Assembly (NCBI RefSeq): GCF_000143415.4
Contig: NW_003314271.1
Location: forward strand, 2,090,806 to 2,154,805
DNA: 64,000 nucleotides
Direction of reading: 5' to 3'
Source: Selaginella moellendorffii
Taxonomy: Eukaryota > Plantae > Lycopodiophyta
A program made the position numbers and the translations under genes. Positions 1 through 12,242 of this stretch are shown here, piece after piece. Each line of letters opens with the position of its first letter. The first letter of the stretch is position 1. Below the pieces are notes generated by a model. The model did not search any database. It was not told the origin of the DNA and saw nothing but the letters and a program-made list of their open reading frames with translations.

Positions 1-274
1 TGTAGATACATACTATCTTCAGTGTCCTATATGCAACTTTTATTTAAACAAGACAGATGGTTGCATGGGTTTGGTAAATTTTATTGAGCATTGTCGCAAA
101 TGCCCAAGAGCGGGTTTGGAAGGTGTGCACGCGTGGATGTATAAGAAAATCAAGAAAGAATTAAAAACACACAGCTATTATGATTTCATGGTGGAGAACA
201 ATATTCCATTGGTGAACACTGCATCAGTAAGTGCTGAATATGGGATATTTAGGCCACCCTTTAATGTAATGTGA
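1..274 (+). CDS. 3' part of small Cys/His-rich protein, tandem paralog of 533..1075 (truncated by window edge)
   Basis: Translation TYYLQCPICNFYLNKTDGCMGLVNFIEHCRKCPRAGLEGVHAWMYKKIKKELKTH is closely similar to the C-terminal half of ORF 533..1075. Confidence 0.5.
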   Translation, partial: VDTYYLQCPICNFYLNKTDGCMGLVNFIEHCRKCPRAGLEGVHAWMYKKIKKELKTHSYYDFMVENNIPLVNTASVSAEYGIFRPPFNVM

Positions 275-532
275 AAGTCATGCATAGTTTTTTCAAAAGG
301 TTAATTCTTTATGAGTAAAGTGGAGAATCTTATATTTTTGAGAATGATATTATTCTAGCATGTATAAAGATATTATTATATATACAAGTGGTTCTGACAC
401 TGTTATAATTCTGAAGTCCCATTTTTGAGACTGACAATTTAAACTTTCAAGAACCCCTAGATCTTTTCTTAGTATAAATACCAACAAGGGATGCTTTCAA
501 CATTGAAATTTCAGTTTGTTTAGAGTGTAGGA

Positions 533-1075
533 ATGGCTAGGGAAAATGCTATTGCTACTCGCACTTGGCCCCCATGCATCTCATATGAGTCTCCACTTCC
601 GTCTCCAACTTCTACCAACATTCCACCCTTCCCTCCATACATCAATCGTTGTGAGGCCTTTTCTTTTGTAGCCCCAAGTGTGACTGAACAAGAGATCCCT
701 CTTCTAGATAATGTTCCAGATGTTGCTACTAAAGATGGATTGCCTCATGTGCTTCAAGAGCGATGCCAGATGTTTCTTCAAGATCTTGCTCCCGATATGG
801 TTGAAACTTTTGAAAGAATGAACACATATTATCTCCAGTGTCCCATCTGCTACTTTTATTTAGATAAAACGGAAGGCTGTATGGGTTTAGAAACTTTTCT
901 AGAACACTGTCACAACTGCCCAAGAACTAGTGTGGAAGGTGTGCATAAATGGATGTATAAGAAAATCAAGAAAGAGTTAAGAACACACAATCATTATCAT
1001 TTCACTGTCAGTGTCACAATCATTATCACATTGACATGTGACACATCTTTCTCATTGCATTCAATTGTCTTTTAA
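533..1075 (+). CDS. Uncharacterised 180-aa protein with putative Zn-binding motif (CxxC...HCxxC...H); possible transposon accessory gene
   Basis: ATG-initiated ORF; duplicated upstream with conserved Cys/His; convergent with the ParB-MTase gene. Confidence 0.5.
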   Translation: MARENAIATRTWPPCISYESPLPSPTSTNIPPFPPYINRCEAFSFVAPSVTEQEIPLLDNVPDVATKDGLPHVLQERCQMFLQDLAPDMVETFERMNTYYLQCPICYFYLDKTEGCMGLETFLEHCHNCPRTSVEGVHKWMYKKIKKELRTHNHYHFTVSVTIIITLTCDTSFSLHSIVF

Positions 1076-1206
1076 TGTATCATTAATAAATAGATTTTTC
1101 ATACCACTCCTCAATTTACATATTGCATATGATGTGCCATGCATACCTAGGAAGACTTCTAGAAAACTAAATATATATTATTTATAAGTTTTTAAAACAT
1201 CATAAA

Positions 1207-4200
1207 TTACCTCCTAGAAGCAACTGATAGAGAAGGACGAAAACCTCGAAGACGGCGTTTGAAGAACTCATGTTCTTCAATCGCAAACACCGATCTACCA
1301 GAGTCACGTGCTGCTTCGACCATCGAACCACTACCTGCTGTGCAATCGATGACAACACCTCTAGTTGGGCAATAAAGCTCAAGTAGGACATGCATCGCCG
1401 ATGGAGATCGGAACCGATACCCAGACAATGTGTTGCAGATGTCGTCGTCTATGAGATTTGGTATGATGTCAGTAAAGCTGTCATACCCTGGCAAAACCCT
1501 TGCAGCACACTCGCTATCACGAAAACCGTCATTTTCTTTTCTGCAAAACACATGGTAGGTCCACATCATAACCTGAATAATAAAACTTTAGAGACAACCA
1601 AAACAGAAAATGATTTCTTACCTTCTCTGGCATGCCTAGGACACCTTTGGTCTCAACCCCAACACTATCCATGATGCATCCGGAAGAGAACCTCTTGAAG
1701 TTGACTCGACTTGCATACCTCATAAGGCAGGACATCCAATGGGGGTCATTCGGGAGAATGAAGGCAACTTGACCGGTTGTGTGAAGGAGAATTGCTGCCA
1801 AAAGGAATGCATCCTTCAAGTGGTCTTTAGTCAGGTTGTTCCAGCTTGGGACATCACCATTAGCGTCTAGAAGACCATCTGGCATGTCAAAGAGCATGAA
1901 GTTTGTGCTCTTGAGCAGTCGCCTATGGATCTTCTGACAAAAGCGCTCCCACTTTTGCTGGATAGCCATATTCTCAGCATCCTCCTCAAAAGATGCCATC
2001 AATGAACTATAGGAGCCAATAAAGATCCCAACTTCACCACGGAATGCCACTGGAGATACAGGGCGAATCTAGGGGGAGAAGACAAAGATAAGATGTGAAT
2101 TTAAGAAAAATTTACATACCGTCATGTGGCGTGTGGTAGATGTAAGTTCCTCCAAGTCCTCTTCTCGAGCATCAAGACGAGCTAGAATGAAGTTACTCCC
2201 GACAGTTTTTGCTGCAACCATTTTGAGGAACTAAGAAAGGGAGAGAATAAAAAGAAATATACCTCGAGAAGTTCCTTGGTTACGGGGATGTCTTGGACAA
2301 TCATCATCACTGTTGACTAATTCCTCCAGATGTGGATTTGCTCGCTTTTGTCGAGGTAGAACTTCTTGGACGTTCTGGTTCTCTTGCTCGACTTCATCTC
2401 TAAGAATCTCGTTCTCACCGCCATCTTCACTCTGCTCGCCATTGGCACCAACAGGGTCGACATTCTCATGGCCATCATCTTCGTCGTCATTGTTGCCTCT
2501 TGCAGCCTCATGGTGGGTTGGTTCATAATCTGGCATCTCCAATTCCCAAGGACAAGTGCGCTTTATTGCTGCTGGAAACTTCATTGTTGTCGGGTACATG
2601 CCTCCATCTCTCACACCATGCCTCAGGAGGCGTGTGCATACCGGTGTTTCGAGAGGAACGCTTCTATATTGGAGATACCTATAATAGAATATAAACAATT
2701 GAGTATAGTTGAGAAATTGTATGTTACCTGAAAGCCGCTCGACGCATGAAGTAAGGTTGGCCAAGTTGTTTATCAAATGGAGTCGTGCTTGTGGCCTTCT
2801 TTGGCAGCCAGTCCTCTCCAAGTTTTGTAAGCTCAATGGTGACGAAGTCCTTAAATGGAAGTTGCTCAGGATCATCCCCTATGAAAGGCGCTAGAAACAT
2901 CTCCCCTTCATATATAGTTTGTGAAATGTAGACGGTCCTCCTCATCACAGTCTCCATCATACTGTCCAAACCTTTTTCTCCTTCCCTGAGTCTGCTATTG
3001 AGGTCGTTCAGAATGTGTATCTGTTCCTCATATGTAAGCTTTGACTTTGAGATGTTGTAAATAATCTCATCTGGAGTCTTGCCCACTAAAAAATAACTTT
3101 TGTGAGAACCTTCATGTAAATATAAACAATACTTACTTTCATGACAAGCAATCTCTGTTATAATATCGAACCACTCCTTTGGGCGTCGAGGGTCAGCCAC
3201 ACTAAGTAATTTCTTTACCTTTGTCTTCTTTGTGCTGTTGATTTTCTTGTCAATTGCAGCTAAATGCTCTGAGAGTTCTTGATCATTTTCAGCTTGATGC
3301 GACTGTGCATATGCATCTTGCTTAACCTTCACCAATGGCTGAAGACAACACAAACATTCTATGATAAGAAGTATACTTAAAAGAACATACCTTACTCCAC
3401 ACAGCTGTCATAAAAGCCACTGGATTCTTGTACCATCTATTGGCATCCTGACGACCTCGTTGATGTCGAATAAGTGATGCTAAATCATCACCATAGTGGC
3501 TGCGGACTGCATCCTCGTCGAGATTGGCAAGAAACCGGATCTGCTCGATATCATGTACTAGGCTTTGTTTCTGCACTGCAAATTGTCCCAGTCTGCAAAA
3601 CATAAATTGTTAAAAGTGATTGAAGAAGGAGAGGTACTTATGCATTAATTTTGTGGCAAGCTATCACAAGCCTTGCCAAATCTAGAGATCCTCTCGCGTG
3701 TACATGTCCAATCGGAACATTGATGTGATAGACAGGATCGTCTCGGAAGCATTCTCGGATGCACTTCATCCACGCGCACCAGCGATGATTCCCGTCGATA
3801 ATGTAGAACATTTTCCCCACAAATTGTTGAATCTCAGGATGGCTCATAAGCTTGTTGTCAAATTCGCGGGACTTCATTTTCCAAATGTCATCCCAATCCC
3901 TCTTGATTTCCGGTGACACCAAGAGGGTATTTGTCGTTCCTGGCTTGAAAACCGAAACAAGGAACATACCTATGTTTGTCCCAAGGCCATTCTGTTTGTA
4001 CAGACTATAGATGTCCATGTTGATGAAGTGCGGTGAAGCAGACCGAACGATGCTTGTATGAGTGAATCGACATAGTGGGATTTCTTGGATCATGTGCCCC
4101 GGGCCTTCCCACTTGAGAGACTCCAGAGTCGTGTGAATGGCCTTCTCTTTAGTTCTCAAAACTGTCTCTTGGAAGCGCTTGTCGACAATGTGTTCAGGTA

Positions 4201-4705
4201 GCTCCACTTCTCTTTCAGCTTCAGCTACACCTCCAGTAGCACCATTATCAAATCTAGCCCTCGACTCGGGCCCAACACCGCCATCAGGCGCACTTGGGCA
4301 CTGCTCCGTTTCTGCCATATTTTGTGAATATGTTAAGAGTAGTGGCATTTGTGGTTGTGGCAGCAATGGTGGTGATGACAATGGTTGCGCTGGTGGTGGT
4401 GATGATGGTGGTGGTGGTGGTGGTAATGGTGGTGATGACGGTGGTGGTGGTAATGGTGGTGATGAAGGTAAAGGTGGCGGTGGTGGTAATGGTGGTGGCA
4501 GTGGTGGCAGTGGTAATGGTGGTGGTGGCATCGATGGCGGTGGTGGGGGTGCATGTGGACTGGAGCTATGTGGTTGGGAAGACGGTAGAGTTGTTGCTGT
4601 GGAAATCTCTATCTGAAGGTCAACTTGATTGTCATCCTGGATCTCATTTTCCTCATGTCTTCTCTTTGATCCAACATCCCTCTCCTTTTGTAGTTGCTTC
4701 CGTTT
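1207..4705 (-). CDS. Spliced ParB-N domain + beta-class N6A/N4C DNA methyltransferase-like fusion (~1060 aa), probably pseudogenised by one splice-donor mutation
   Basis: Exons 4705-3642, 3592-3391, 3338-2728, 2678-2263, 2211-2120, 2068-1622, 1572-1207 join in frame across 49-52 bp introns. ParB motif FYIIDGNHRWCAW. Motif IV-like FMLFDMPDG precedes the SAM-binding motif VVIDCTAGSGSMVEAARDSGRSVFAIE. Donor at 3641 reads ATAAGT instead of GTAAGT. Start codon not located. Confidence 0.75.
4360..4550. repeat. (GGT)n-rich low-complexity tract encoding poly-proline on the minus strand
   Basis: Direct sequence; PPPPPLPSSPP in ORF 3638..4726. Confidence 0.85.
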
Positions 4706-4989
4706 CTGAAAATAAAAAAAACTCATTATAAATTATAAATGCATAAGAAGAGGGGAACAGGGCGTGGGCTCGGTGCACGCCTCCCCCAAGCACCTTGGCC
4801 GGCCCGCGCCAAGGCCAACAGCCCGCGAGCCAGCCTTGGCGCTTGGACTTAGCTGGCTCGCACCAAATGCCCAGCGTGGGCATTTGGCGCAAGCACTTGG
4901 CGCCTTTGCCAGCCAAGCGCCTTGGCCAGCCTGCGTGGACTTGGCCAGCCCAGGTGGAGTGCCCAGCCAAATGCCCTTCTTGGGCACTT

Positions 4990-5495
4990 GGCAGCGGCGG
5001 TGCTGGGCAGCAGTGGCCCTAGGCAGCGCGGCGCTGGCGTGGCGTGGCGTCGGCACGGCAGCGGCGGTATGGCAGTGGCGGTGCTGGGCAGCGGCGGCAC
5101 GGCAGTAGCGGCATGGCAGTGGTGGTGCTGGGCAGCGGCGGCATGGCAGCGGCGGTGCTGGGCAGCGGCGGCACGGCAGCGGCGGTGCTGGGCAGTGGCG
5201 GCACGGCAGCGGCGGCATGGCAGTGGCGGTGCTGGGCAGCGGCGGCATGGCAGCGGTGGTGCTGGGCAGCGGCAGCATGGCAGTGGCGGTGCTGGGCAGC
5301 GGCGGCACGGCAGCGGCGGTGCTGGGCAGCGGCGGCACGGCAGCGGCGGTGCTGGGCAGTGGCGGCACGGCAGCGGCGGTGCTGGGCAGTGGCGGCACGG
5401 CAGCGGCGGCATGGCAGTGGCGGTGCTGGGCAGGCAGCACTGCGTTGGGCGTGGCATGGCAGTGGGCGGCGCTCGGCAGCCCTGGGCAGTGGCGG
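4990..5495. repeat. GC-rich minisatellite, ~30-bp unit CAGCGGCGGTGCTGGGCAGCGGCGGCACGG, between the divergent genes
   Basis: Clear 30-bp periodicity at 5220-5430. Confidence 0.9.
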
Positions 5496-5520
5496 TCGTC
5501 ATCATTTGTTCCTCTTCTAG

Positions 5521-8117
5521 TTCTAGTGGAGATGTTAGTCCAGTGCGAGCCAAGAATTTCCAAACTCCAACTTCACTGATATTCCAAGCTGTTTGCAACA
5601 CTTTCCAGTTTTCCCGCCTCTCTATCGACGTGCGTTCCTTTCTGCATAGGCTCGTTAGCGAGCTCCCATCTACATACAATGGCAATATCTTCTTTGAACT
5701 AGCACCTCTTGTCAGCTCAAAACGAAAGGGGATGGAGACGAAGCAGGATGTCCACAACTAGTGCAAGATCAAGACCACACATTTCCAGCATTTTGAAGGC
5801 ACAGTGTCCATGGTTCATTGTGGTGGGTATTTGGATTGTGTGAATAAAGCATGCAATCAAGAGCGTGGTAAAAACTCCATATTTTTTGAAGGATCTGCAA
5901 CCAATCCTCCCCTCTGTGACACCATTGGTGTTGGATTCAAGTGTCGGTTTTGCAAGAATGCTCCATTGTGTCGTGCCATCTGTAGGGCCAAGATGTACTA
6001 TTTTCTTCCACGGGATGGAGAGGTTGGTAGAGCTGCAGTACATATTGGCACGCACACACATCCAATGCAGGAAGGGATACAAAGGAGTTCAGTCAACCAT
6101 TTCAAAGATGCAGTGCAGATAGAGACTGTGAGAAACTCATCTGCAACTCCGAAGCATGTTCAGAAGACAGTGCTCAAGGATTTTATCGCAAATACTTTAC
6201 TTGATCCGGACTACAAGAATACTCAACTAGATGAGGCTAGCTTGCGGGAGTTACTACGACATGTGCAACCTGCAACTAGCCTTAGAAGGTATGAAAATAT
6301 TATTACATACTTTTCAATAATATCTCTCTTACATTTTGTTTTATTTAGGATAAAGTCTTGGATGTGTGAATCTCGAGAGGGGAAACTCCAATAAAAAATT
6401 GACTCAATCCTTGAACTAAAACGGACTTGTCCCTATGAGTTTATCCATGGGAGTTTATTTCCAGATCAAGTCGTTAGTGAGCAAGAGCGCCCCTTCGTTT
6501 TCAAAATGTCTACCATGGGCCCTGCCTCTGGTGTGGATCTTGTTTCCCGAATGGATATGTCTGGGTCGAGTGACCTTGCTAATGCATGGGTACATTTTGA
6601 CCATATGGAGTGGGTGGCAGGTTGGACAACCATGGGAGCTCATGTGTATGATCCAAGGTAGTTTTTTTCTCATTATCTTAAAATGGTTTTAAACATTGCA
6701 CTTTTCACAGGCTACGTTGTAACTTGACAATTGCAACGGCAGAGTTTAAAGTACAAGACCAGATGGCTCAAGAAATATTTTGGAAGTCCCTCTCCGACAT
6801 TGTATTGAAGCGGACTGGTAAGCCTGCCAACTTTCGCGGTTTCATGGCAGATGGGGCTGGGGCTAATTGGAATGGTGTTCGGGCAGTCTTTGGGAATGGT
6901 CTACCCCTAGAAGGTCATGAGAGGACATGTGAGTTCCATTGGGCTCAGAGCCTAAACCAACACTGCCACCTTATCAAGCCAGATTTCCAATTAGCATTTA
7001 AGGAGTTGTGCAAACAATGGCAAGCTGCACCTTCTGAAGAAGAGCATGAGGCAAAAGCAAACGAGATTCGAATGTGGTGGCGTGAAGATGGCCATACTGA
7101 CATAAGTTGTCTACCACAACTTGAGTCGTGGTTGGGGTGGTGGGAAGTTAGAATGTTCCAATGGGGACATCACTCTTTTCAGGTTGGTTTTTCTTTTTTT
7201 CCTCTCTTTTTATTGCTTTTTAATATCATCTTTTTATAAGGATCAACCACTTGAGGATCTTGCATACACCCCAACTGTGAATCTCTCAGAGAGTAAACAT
7301 TGGAGCTGGCGTTCCTCTGAGGTAGGGAAAGGGAAGATGAGTCTATATGAAGCATGTTTATCAGATTTGATACGCGCTGTAGAGCAGTCTTCAAAAGCCT
7401 TGGCATTTGAGGAAGGAAGATACATGGGAACAGGACCTTACACGATCGGATGAAGAAGATAGTGACTCCACCAGCACGAACAATGGCAACTGCAGTGGAG
7501 GAAGTGGTCCGCGGCACATCTATGGAGTACACTCCTCGGGCTTCTATTGGTGATATGAAGACCATCCGCTCAAAGCGTCGATTTTCTTTTGCTGGTGAAG
7601 ATGTTGGCACGGATCTTGGAGCAAAAAGCTCTCACAAGCCTGATGTTGAGTATCATTCTGCTCCAAAACATCGCCCCAGAACCGAACCACCTCAAGTGGC
7701 TGATGAAGAAAGTGCATCACAGCAGGTTGAAATTGCTTATCGTAGTGTGGAGCCGAAGCAATGGGCAATCCGTCGAGTGCCAGCGAAATCAAATGTAAGG
7801 TGTGTGGGGATGCTTCCAAGGGGCAAGTGTTGGGCTTGGATCCGTGGTGATAAGTCTGCTTCTGTTCCAGCCCCATGTTTCCATGGGGAACGAAAGCAAG
7901 CAGGATTTTCAAGATGGCAATTGCCATTCAAGACTTTCCTTCTTGCACATGTCCAGACTTTACGAAGCGCGAGGAACATGGGAAGGCATATGCTCCTTGC
8001 AAGCATATGTACTACATCTTCATCAACATCTTGCACCAGGATCCTAAAGTGGATATTCATATACACCAAGCAAGCCTTACTATTGCTGAGTTGCATAAAA
8101 CTTTTGGAGCTAATTAG
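5521..8117 (+). pseudogene. Mutator-like (MULE) DDE transposase with N-terminal Cys/His (GCM/WRKY-like) domain and C-terminal SWIM finger; disrupted
   Basis: HIGTHTHP; WVHFDH (first D); FMADGAGAN (second D); CEFHWAQS (CxxH); TVNLSES (E); SWIM CTCPDF...CKHMYY. Introns 6289-6348, 6658-6710, 7183-7240. In-frame stops at 5759 and 6392, frameshifts near 7450 and 7890. Confidence 0.75.
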
Positions 8118-9989
8118 ATTTTCCAGCACTATCGATGTTTATTCTCTATCAATAATATAAACTAATTATACCTTATATAATTAATAAAAATATTTTATTA
8201 TTTCACTTTTCATTTCATATAAAATTTCACTTTCTTTTCGCAATACTACCCATAGTATTTGTGAGTCTCCATTTTTGTCTTTATCTTCTCAAAAAATATT
8301 TCGTGATAGTCTTTCGGGTGTATGATGTTACAATGTATTGTGAGAGCATATGTACCATCACAGTTTTTTTTTTTCCTTTCAAATGGTTATATGGCTTTAT
8401 ATAGAATCTTAATTCAAATTTAATAATTTAAAAATTCTGATGAACCTGACATTTACTAGCTAGAAAGCACAGAGTACAAATTTAAAGAAGTGACAAGAAT
8501 ACTCTTTTTGCAAACATTTTATTTTATATTCTAACAAACGTCTCTATTATTGCATGTAGTAAATATTTAAATTATTAGAACAAGAAGTGTCCTTTAGAAC
8601 ATTTTTATCTATATAATATATAGAGAGTTATGAAATTATTAAGTTCGCCATAACTTTAAAATTTTAAAGTTTATAATGTTTGTACTAAATTACAATTGAA
8701 AATTGAGCTCAACTCGTGAGCTCAACTCTTCAGCTCGTGAGCTCAAGTATGGTCCACGCTCTCCACATTGCACTAACACTCTTCTTTAATCACCTTCAAG
8801 ATCCAATATAAAGACAAAATACTAACAAGAAAAATGATATGGAAAATCAAAGTCTAAGGAGAATTCCTCATCACTCGAAATAATAATGCCATTTCCACTA
8901 ACACAAGTGCTAGTGATATTAATGCCTCAACTATACACCTTCTCCATCCAATAATTTACTCCAAGTGCTAATGGATCATTTTTTCCAACATCTCATGGGC
9001 AAACCCCTCAAGAACCAAGGTACCAACTTAAGCTTAGCATAATAGACCACCATCAAGAATCTAGTCAAAGCTATTACAATTCTACTTAATGTAAATAGAC
9101 TAACTTCACCATCAACCAATATAAGGTTAATCATCATTTAACCAAGCAACTTCGTAAACACATTACTCATTATCACATGGATATGATATAAGTATCACAA
9201 TAAGTATCAAGTGTCAACTCGACTCGACAAAATGCAACATAAATGCCACATTCCACCAATAAAAATTTACAACACCCAACACCACTAATTTTTGTTCATA
9301 ACATGGACAAGCTCATGCCACTCTCTTTCCAACCAAACTCAAAACTAATCCAACACCACACTACTCAAAGAGCAATAGTAAAGTTCCCCTGAAAAGAATT
9401 GAGCATTATAACCTAAATCTTTTAATAGTAAGCCTAGACAAAATGCTATCTATCCCATAACCCACTATTTGTAAAACCATTATTTCCAATATGCACCAAG
9501 GTATAGTTTAGCTCCCACTTGCATGCTTGTCCTTGTTTTGCGTTTGGCTTGGGTCTAAGCCCAAGTTCCATTCCATGCTAGCTAGTGGAGTACCCATATC
9601 CACCCATTAGACTGGTCAGTATGCTAAAATAGTTCTAGACTCCATTTAGCTTCGTTTTACGTGCTAGTCCTGGCATAGGATGCTGGATACTCTAGGACTG
9701 TTCCAAGTTGCTCCATGCTCCTGTCCCTTCACTCCTTGGGCTGTACGCTCGGGAGTTGTTCCATGTTCTAGTGCCATCGGTATTTGGCTCCATACTTGGG
9801 AGTTTGGCATTATTCCTTTATTCAGTGGTGCAAGGCTTTGAAACTCGGGTTCCACACCACTACCCTTTGGACATGTGGCATATGACACATGGCATATAAC
9901 ACGTGGCACATGGAGGGTTTAGGTTCTGCTTCGGTGGTTATCCTATAGTAAATCATTATAGAATAAAGGGTAAAAACCACATGCGCTAC

Positions 9990-10505
9990 ACTCTAATACC
10001 AAACATAAATTCTTAAATTTAGACTTTCTAGAAGGTCACCCAACCTAATACTATTTAAACTTAAGAACATTTACCCAAATATCCTAAAACCCTTAATTGA
10101 TTGAAAAAAAGGGTGCATTTTTATTTATAGGCCCTTTCCCTTTATATTTAAATCCCATAGATTGTCTTTCATTTAGTTATTTACATTCACACCCTTATGA
10201 ACAAAAGTTAAGAGTCGTAACACTCTCAAGAGCACAACTGAAGCCAAATTGGGCATGCCAAATGTCAATTTAAATATGTGATATAATTCCCTTAGCCAAC
10301 TAATAAAGTCAAACCTGAAACCCCTTTATTACCAAATGTAAGGTCTTGGATTTAGACTTCCCAGGAGGTCATCCAACTTAGTACTACTCAAACTTAAAGA
10401 CATTTAACCCTAAATATCCTAAAACTCTTAACCCATTGGTAAAGAAAATGTATTTTTATTTATGGGCACTTTTCTTTTATATTTAAACTCTATAAATTCT
10501 CTCTC
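9990..10505 (-). mobile_element. Degenerate tandem LTR-like units with a 5S rRNA-derived segment (Cassandra-like TRIM remnant)
   Basis: Two diverged direct repeats (~10003-10170 and ~10337-10505). 10355-10408 GACTTCCCAGGAGGTCATCCAACTTAGTACTACTC matches the reverse complement of the plant 5S rRNA internal region. Each repeat is preceded by a decayed PBS reverse complement (ctctaatacca / ctttattacca). Confidence 0.55.
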
Positions 10506-10663
10506 TATGAGGTCCAAGTGTACAACTACAATGCTGTATACTAACGTAGTAGGATTTGGTAGCCATTGGATTAGTTTCAATCTAAACCACTCGCTCCAAT
10601 AGGTTTTTGGGCTAATTAATATACATATTTTTGTATTCCCTTTCCATATTCCATACACTCACA
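10506..10663 (+). mobile_element. Short LTR (probable 5' LTR) of an ancient plus-strand retroelement
   Basis: T(A/G)TGAG...CTCACA termini, followed by TTGGT; diverged copy at 43769-43942. Confidence 0.5.
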
Positions 10664-11819
10664 TTGGTGGGCATTGTCTAAATCTCCTTTTTCTTATTGC
10701 TTTTCTTAACTTCTTCTTTTTATCTCTTTTCTTTTCATTCATCTACAGTAGCCTTTGCCTCTTTTGACTCTGGAGTAGTAGTTGGTGCAATTGCTTAATG
10801 CTATGTAGTTCTAGTTGAACAATCAAACTCAATTGATAGCAGTATTTTGTAAGCGACTAAATTTTCCATTCTACTTTAGTCACTTAACCACACCTCCGAC
10901 CACTTGGAGGAGTCTCATTCACAACCTCCATAAGTCCAATTCAGGACTTGGGACTTACTAGCCCCAAGAATGGCATCCATGCCACTCAACATTTGCACTT
11001 GGTCCAAGTGCTCCACGTGTCCGATCCCATGACCGACACTCAAAGGTACCACCGACATGGCAGCTTGTTACGCTAAGGCCATGCCCAATCACCTTTGCCA
11101 CACTGGTAGTCCAATACCACTTGCATCACAGTCTTGGCTCTCCAAGACTAGGCAAACCATCCATGAGTGGTCATCTCAGATCCACTCCTTAGCATCCTTA
11201 GGATACCCACTGACAAGGGGAATGGCCTTCCCCAATATCCCTCTGTCAATCCCCACTAAGTCCCTCTCTGCCCTTGGCCGTGTTTGCCAACACTGCCATT
11301 GGATCGAGGCCTACAGGCCTGACCACTAAGTCCCACGGTCCTCTTCCTTTCCACAGTTTGGGCCTTTGGGACAACATTTCGGAACACCGTGGCCTTACGC
11401 GAGCCACCTGGGTACTCTCCCTGCCTTCCGCCCTTGGGTGCTCTAGCCATGGGCTTAGAGAGAGGTTCCGTTGAGCCACGCCTGGTATCCAAGTAGGTAG
11501 TGCCACCCACACTTGGACTGGGAGCATCGGCCAGTCGATCTCCCGGGGGAACTAGAGCCGGCTCTTGAACACTTCACCAAGCTACCCAGCTTGTCGGTCC
11601 GTGTTCACTCTAGTCTTGGACTTCCCAGTGGTCAGCTCATCACCCAACACTGGGTCTGGCCTGCCTGGGCCAAACTGGCCTGCCTAGGCCAAACGGGTTC
11701 CACGGGGTTTTAACCCCCCCATTCTCCCTAATAAATTTTGGGAACCCCCGGAAGCCCCCCCCCCCCCCCCGGGGGACGATCGCTTTGGGCTTTCACCCAA
11801 CTGCCTGTATTAGTATTCG

Positions 11820-12242
11820 GACTCGAACTCAGACTCGGACTCGGTCTTGGTCCCGGATTCGGACTCGGACTCGGTCTCGGTCCCGGTCTCGATTCCATCT
11901 CGGACTCCACCTCGGGTCCATCTCGGACTCCATCTCGGACTCCATCTCGGGTCCATCTCGGACTCCATCTCGGGTCCATCTCGGACTCCATCTCGAACTC
12001 CATCTCGGGTCCATCTCGGACTCCATCTCGGCTCCATCTCGGACTCCATCTCGGCTCCATCTCGGACTCCATCTCGGCTCCATCTCGGACTCCATCTCGG
12101 ACTCCATCTCGGACTCCATATCAGACTCCATTTCGGACTTCACTTCGGGTCCATCTCGGACTCCATCTCGGACTCTATATCGGACTCCACTTTGGGTCCA
12201 TCTCGGACTCCATCTCGGGTCCGCCTCGGACTCCATCTCGGA
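11820..12242. repeat. 11/12-bp minisatellite (GGACTCCATCTC / GGGTCCATCTC) inside LTR
   Basis: Direct sequence; source of the spurious MESEM/SISD ORFs. Confidence 0.9.

Noticed and set aside
1207-4705. Bacterial contamination as source of the ParB-MTase gene
   Set aside because: It has six ~50-bp spliceosomal introns like the host genes and is embedded among plant retroelements
4733-5761. Many long overlapping ORFs (PPLPSTAAA, RRHGSGGAG)
   Set aside because: Produced by the stop-free 30-bp GC-rich minisatellite
10355-10408. Functional 5S rRNA gene
   Set aside because: Only a degenerate internal segment; both ends are missing
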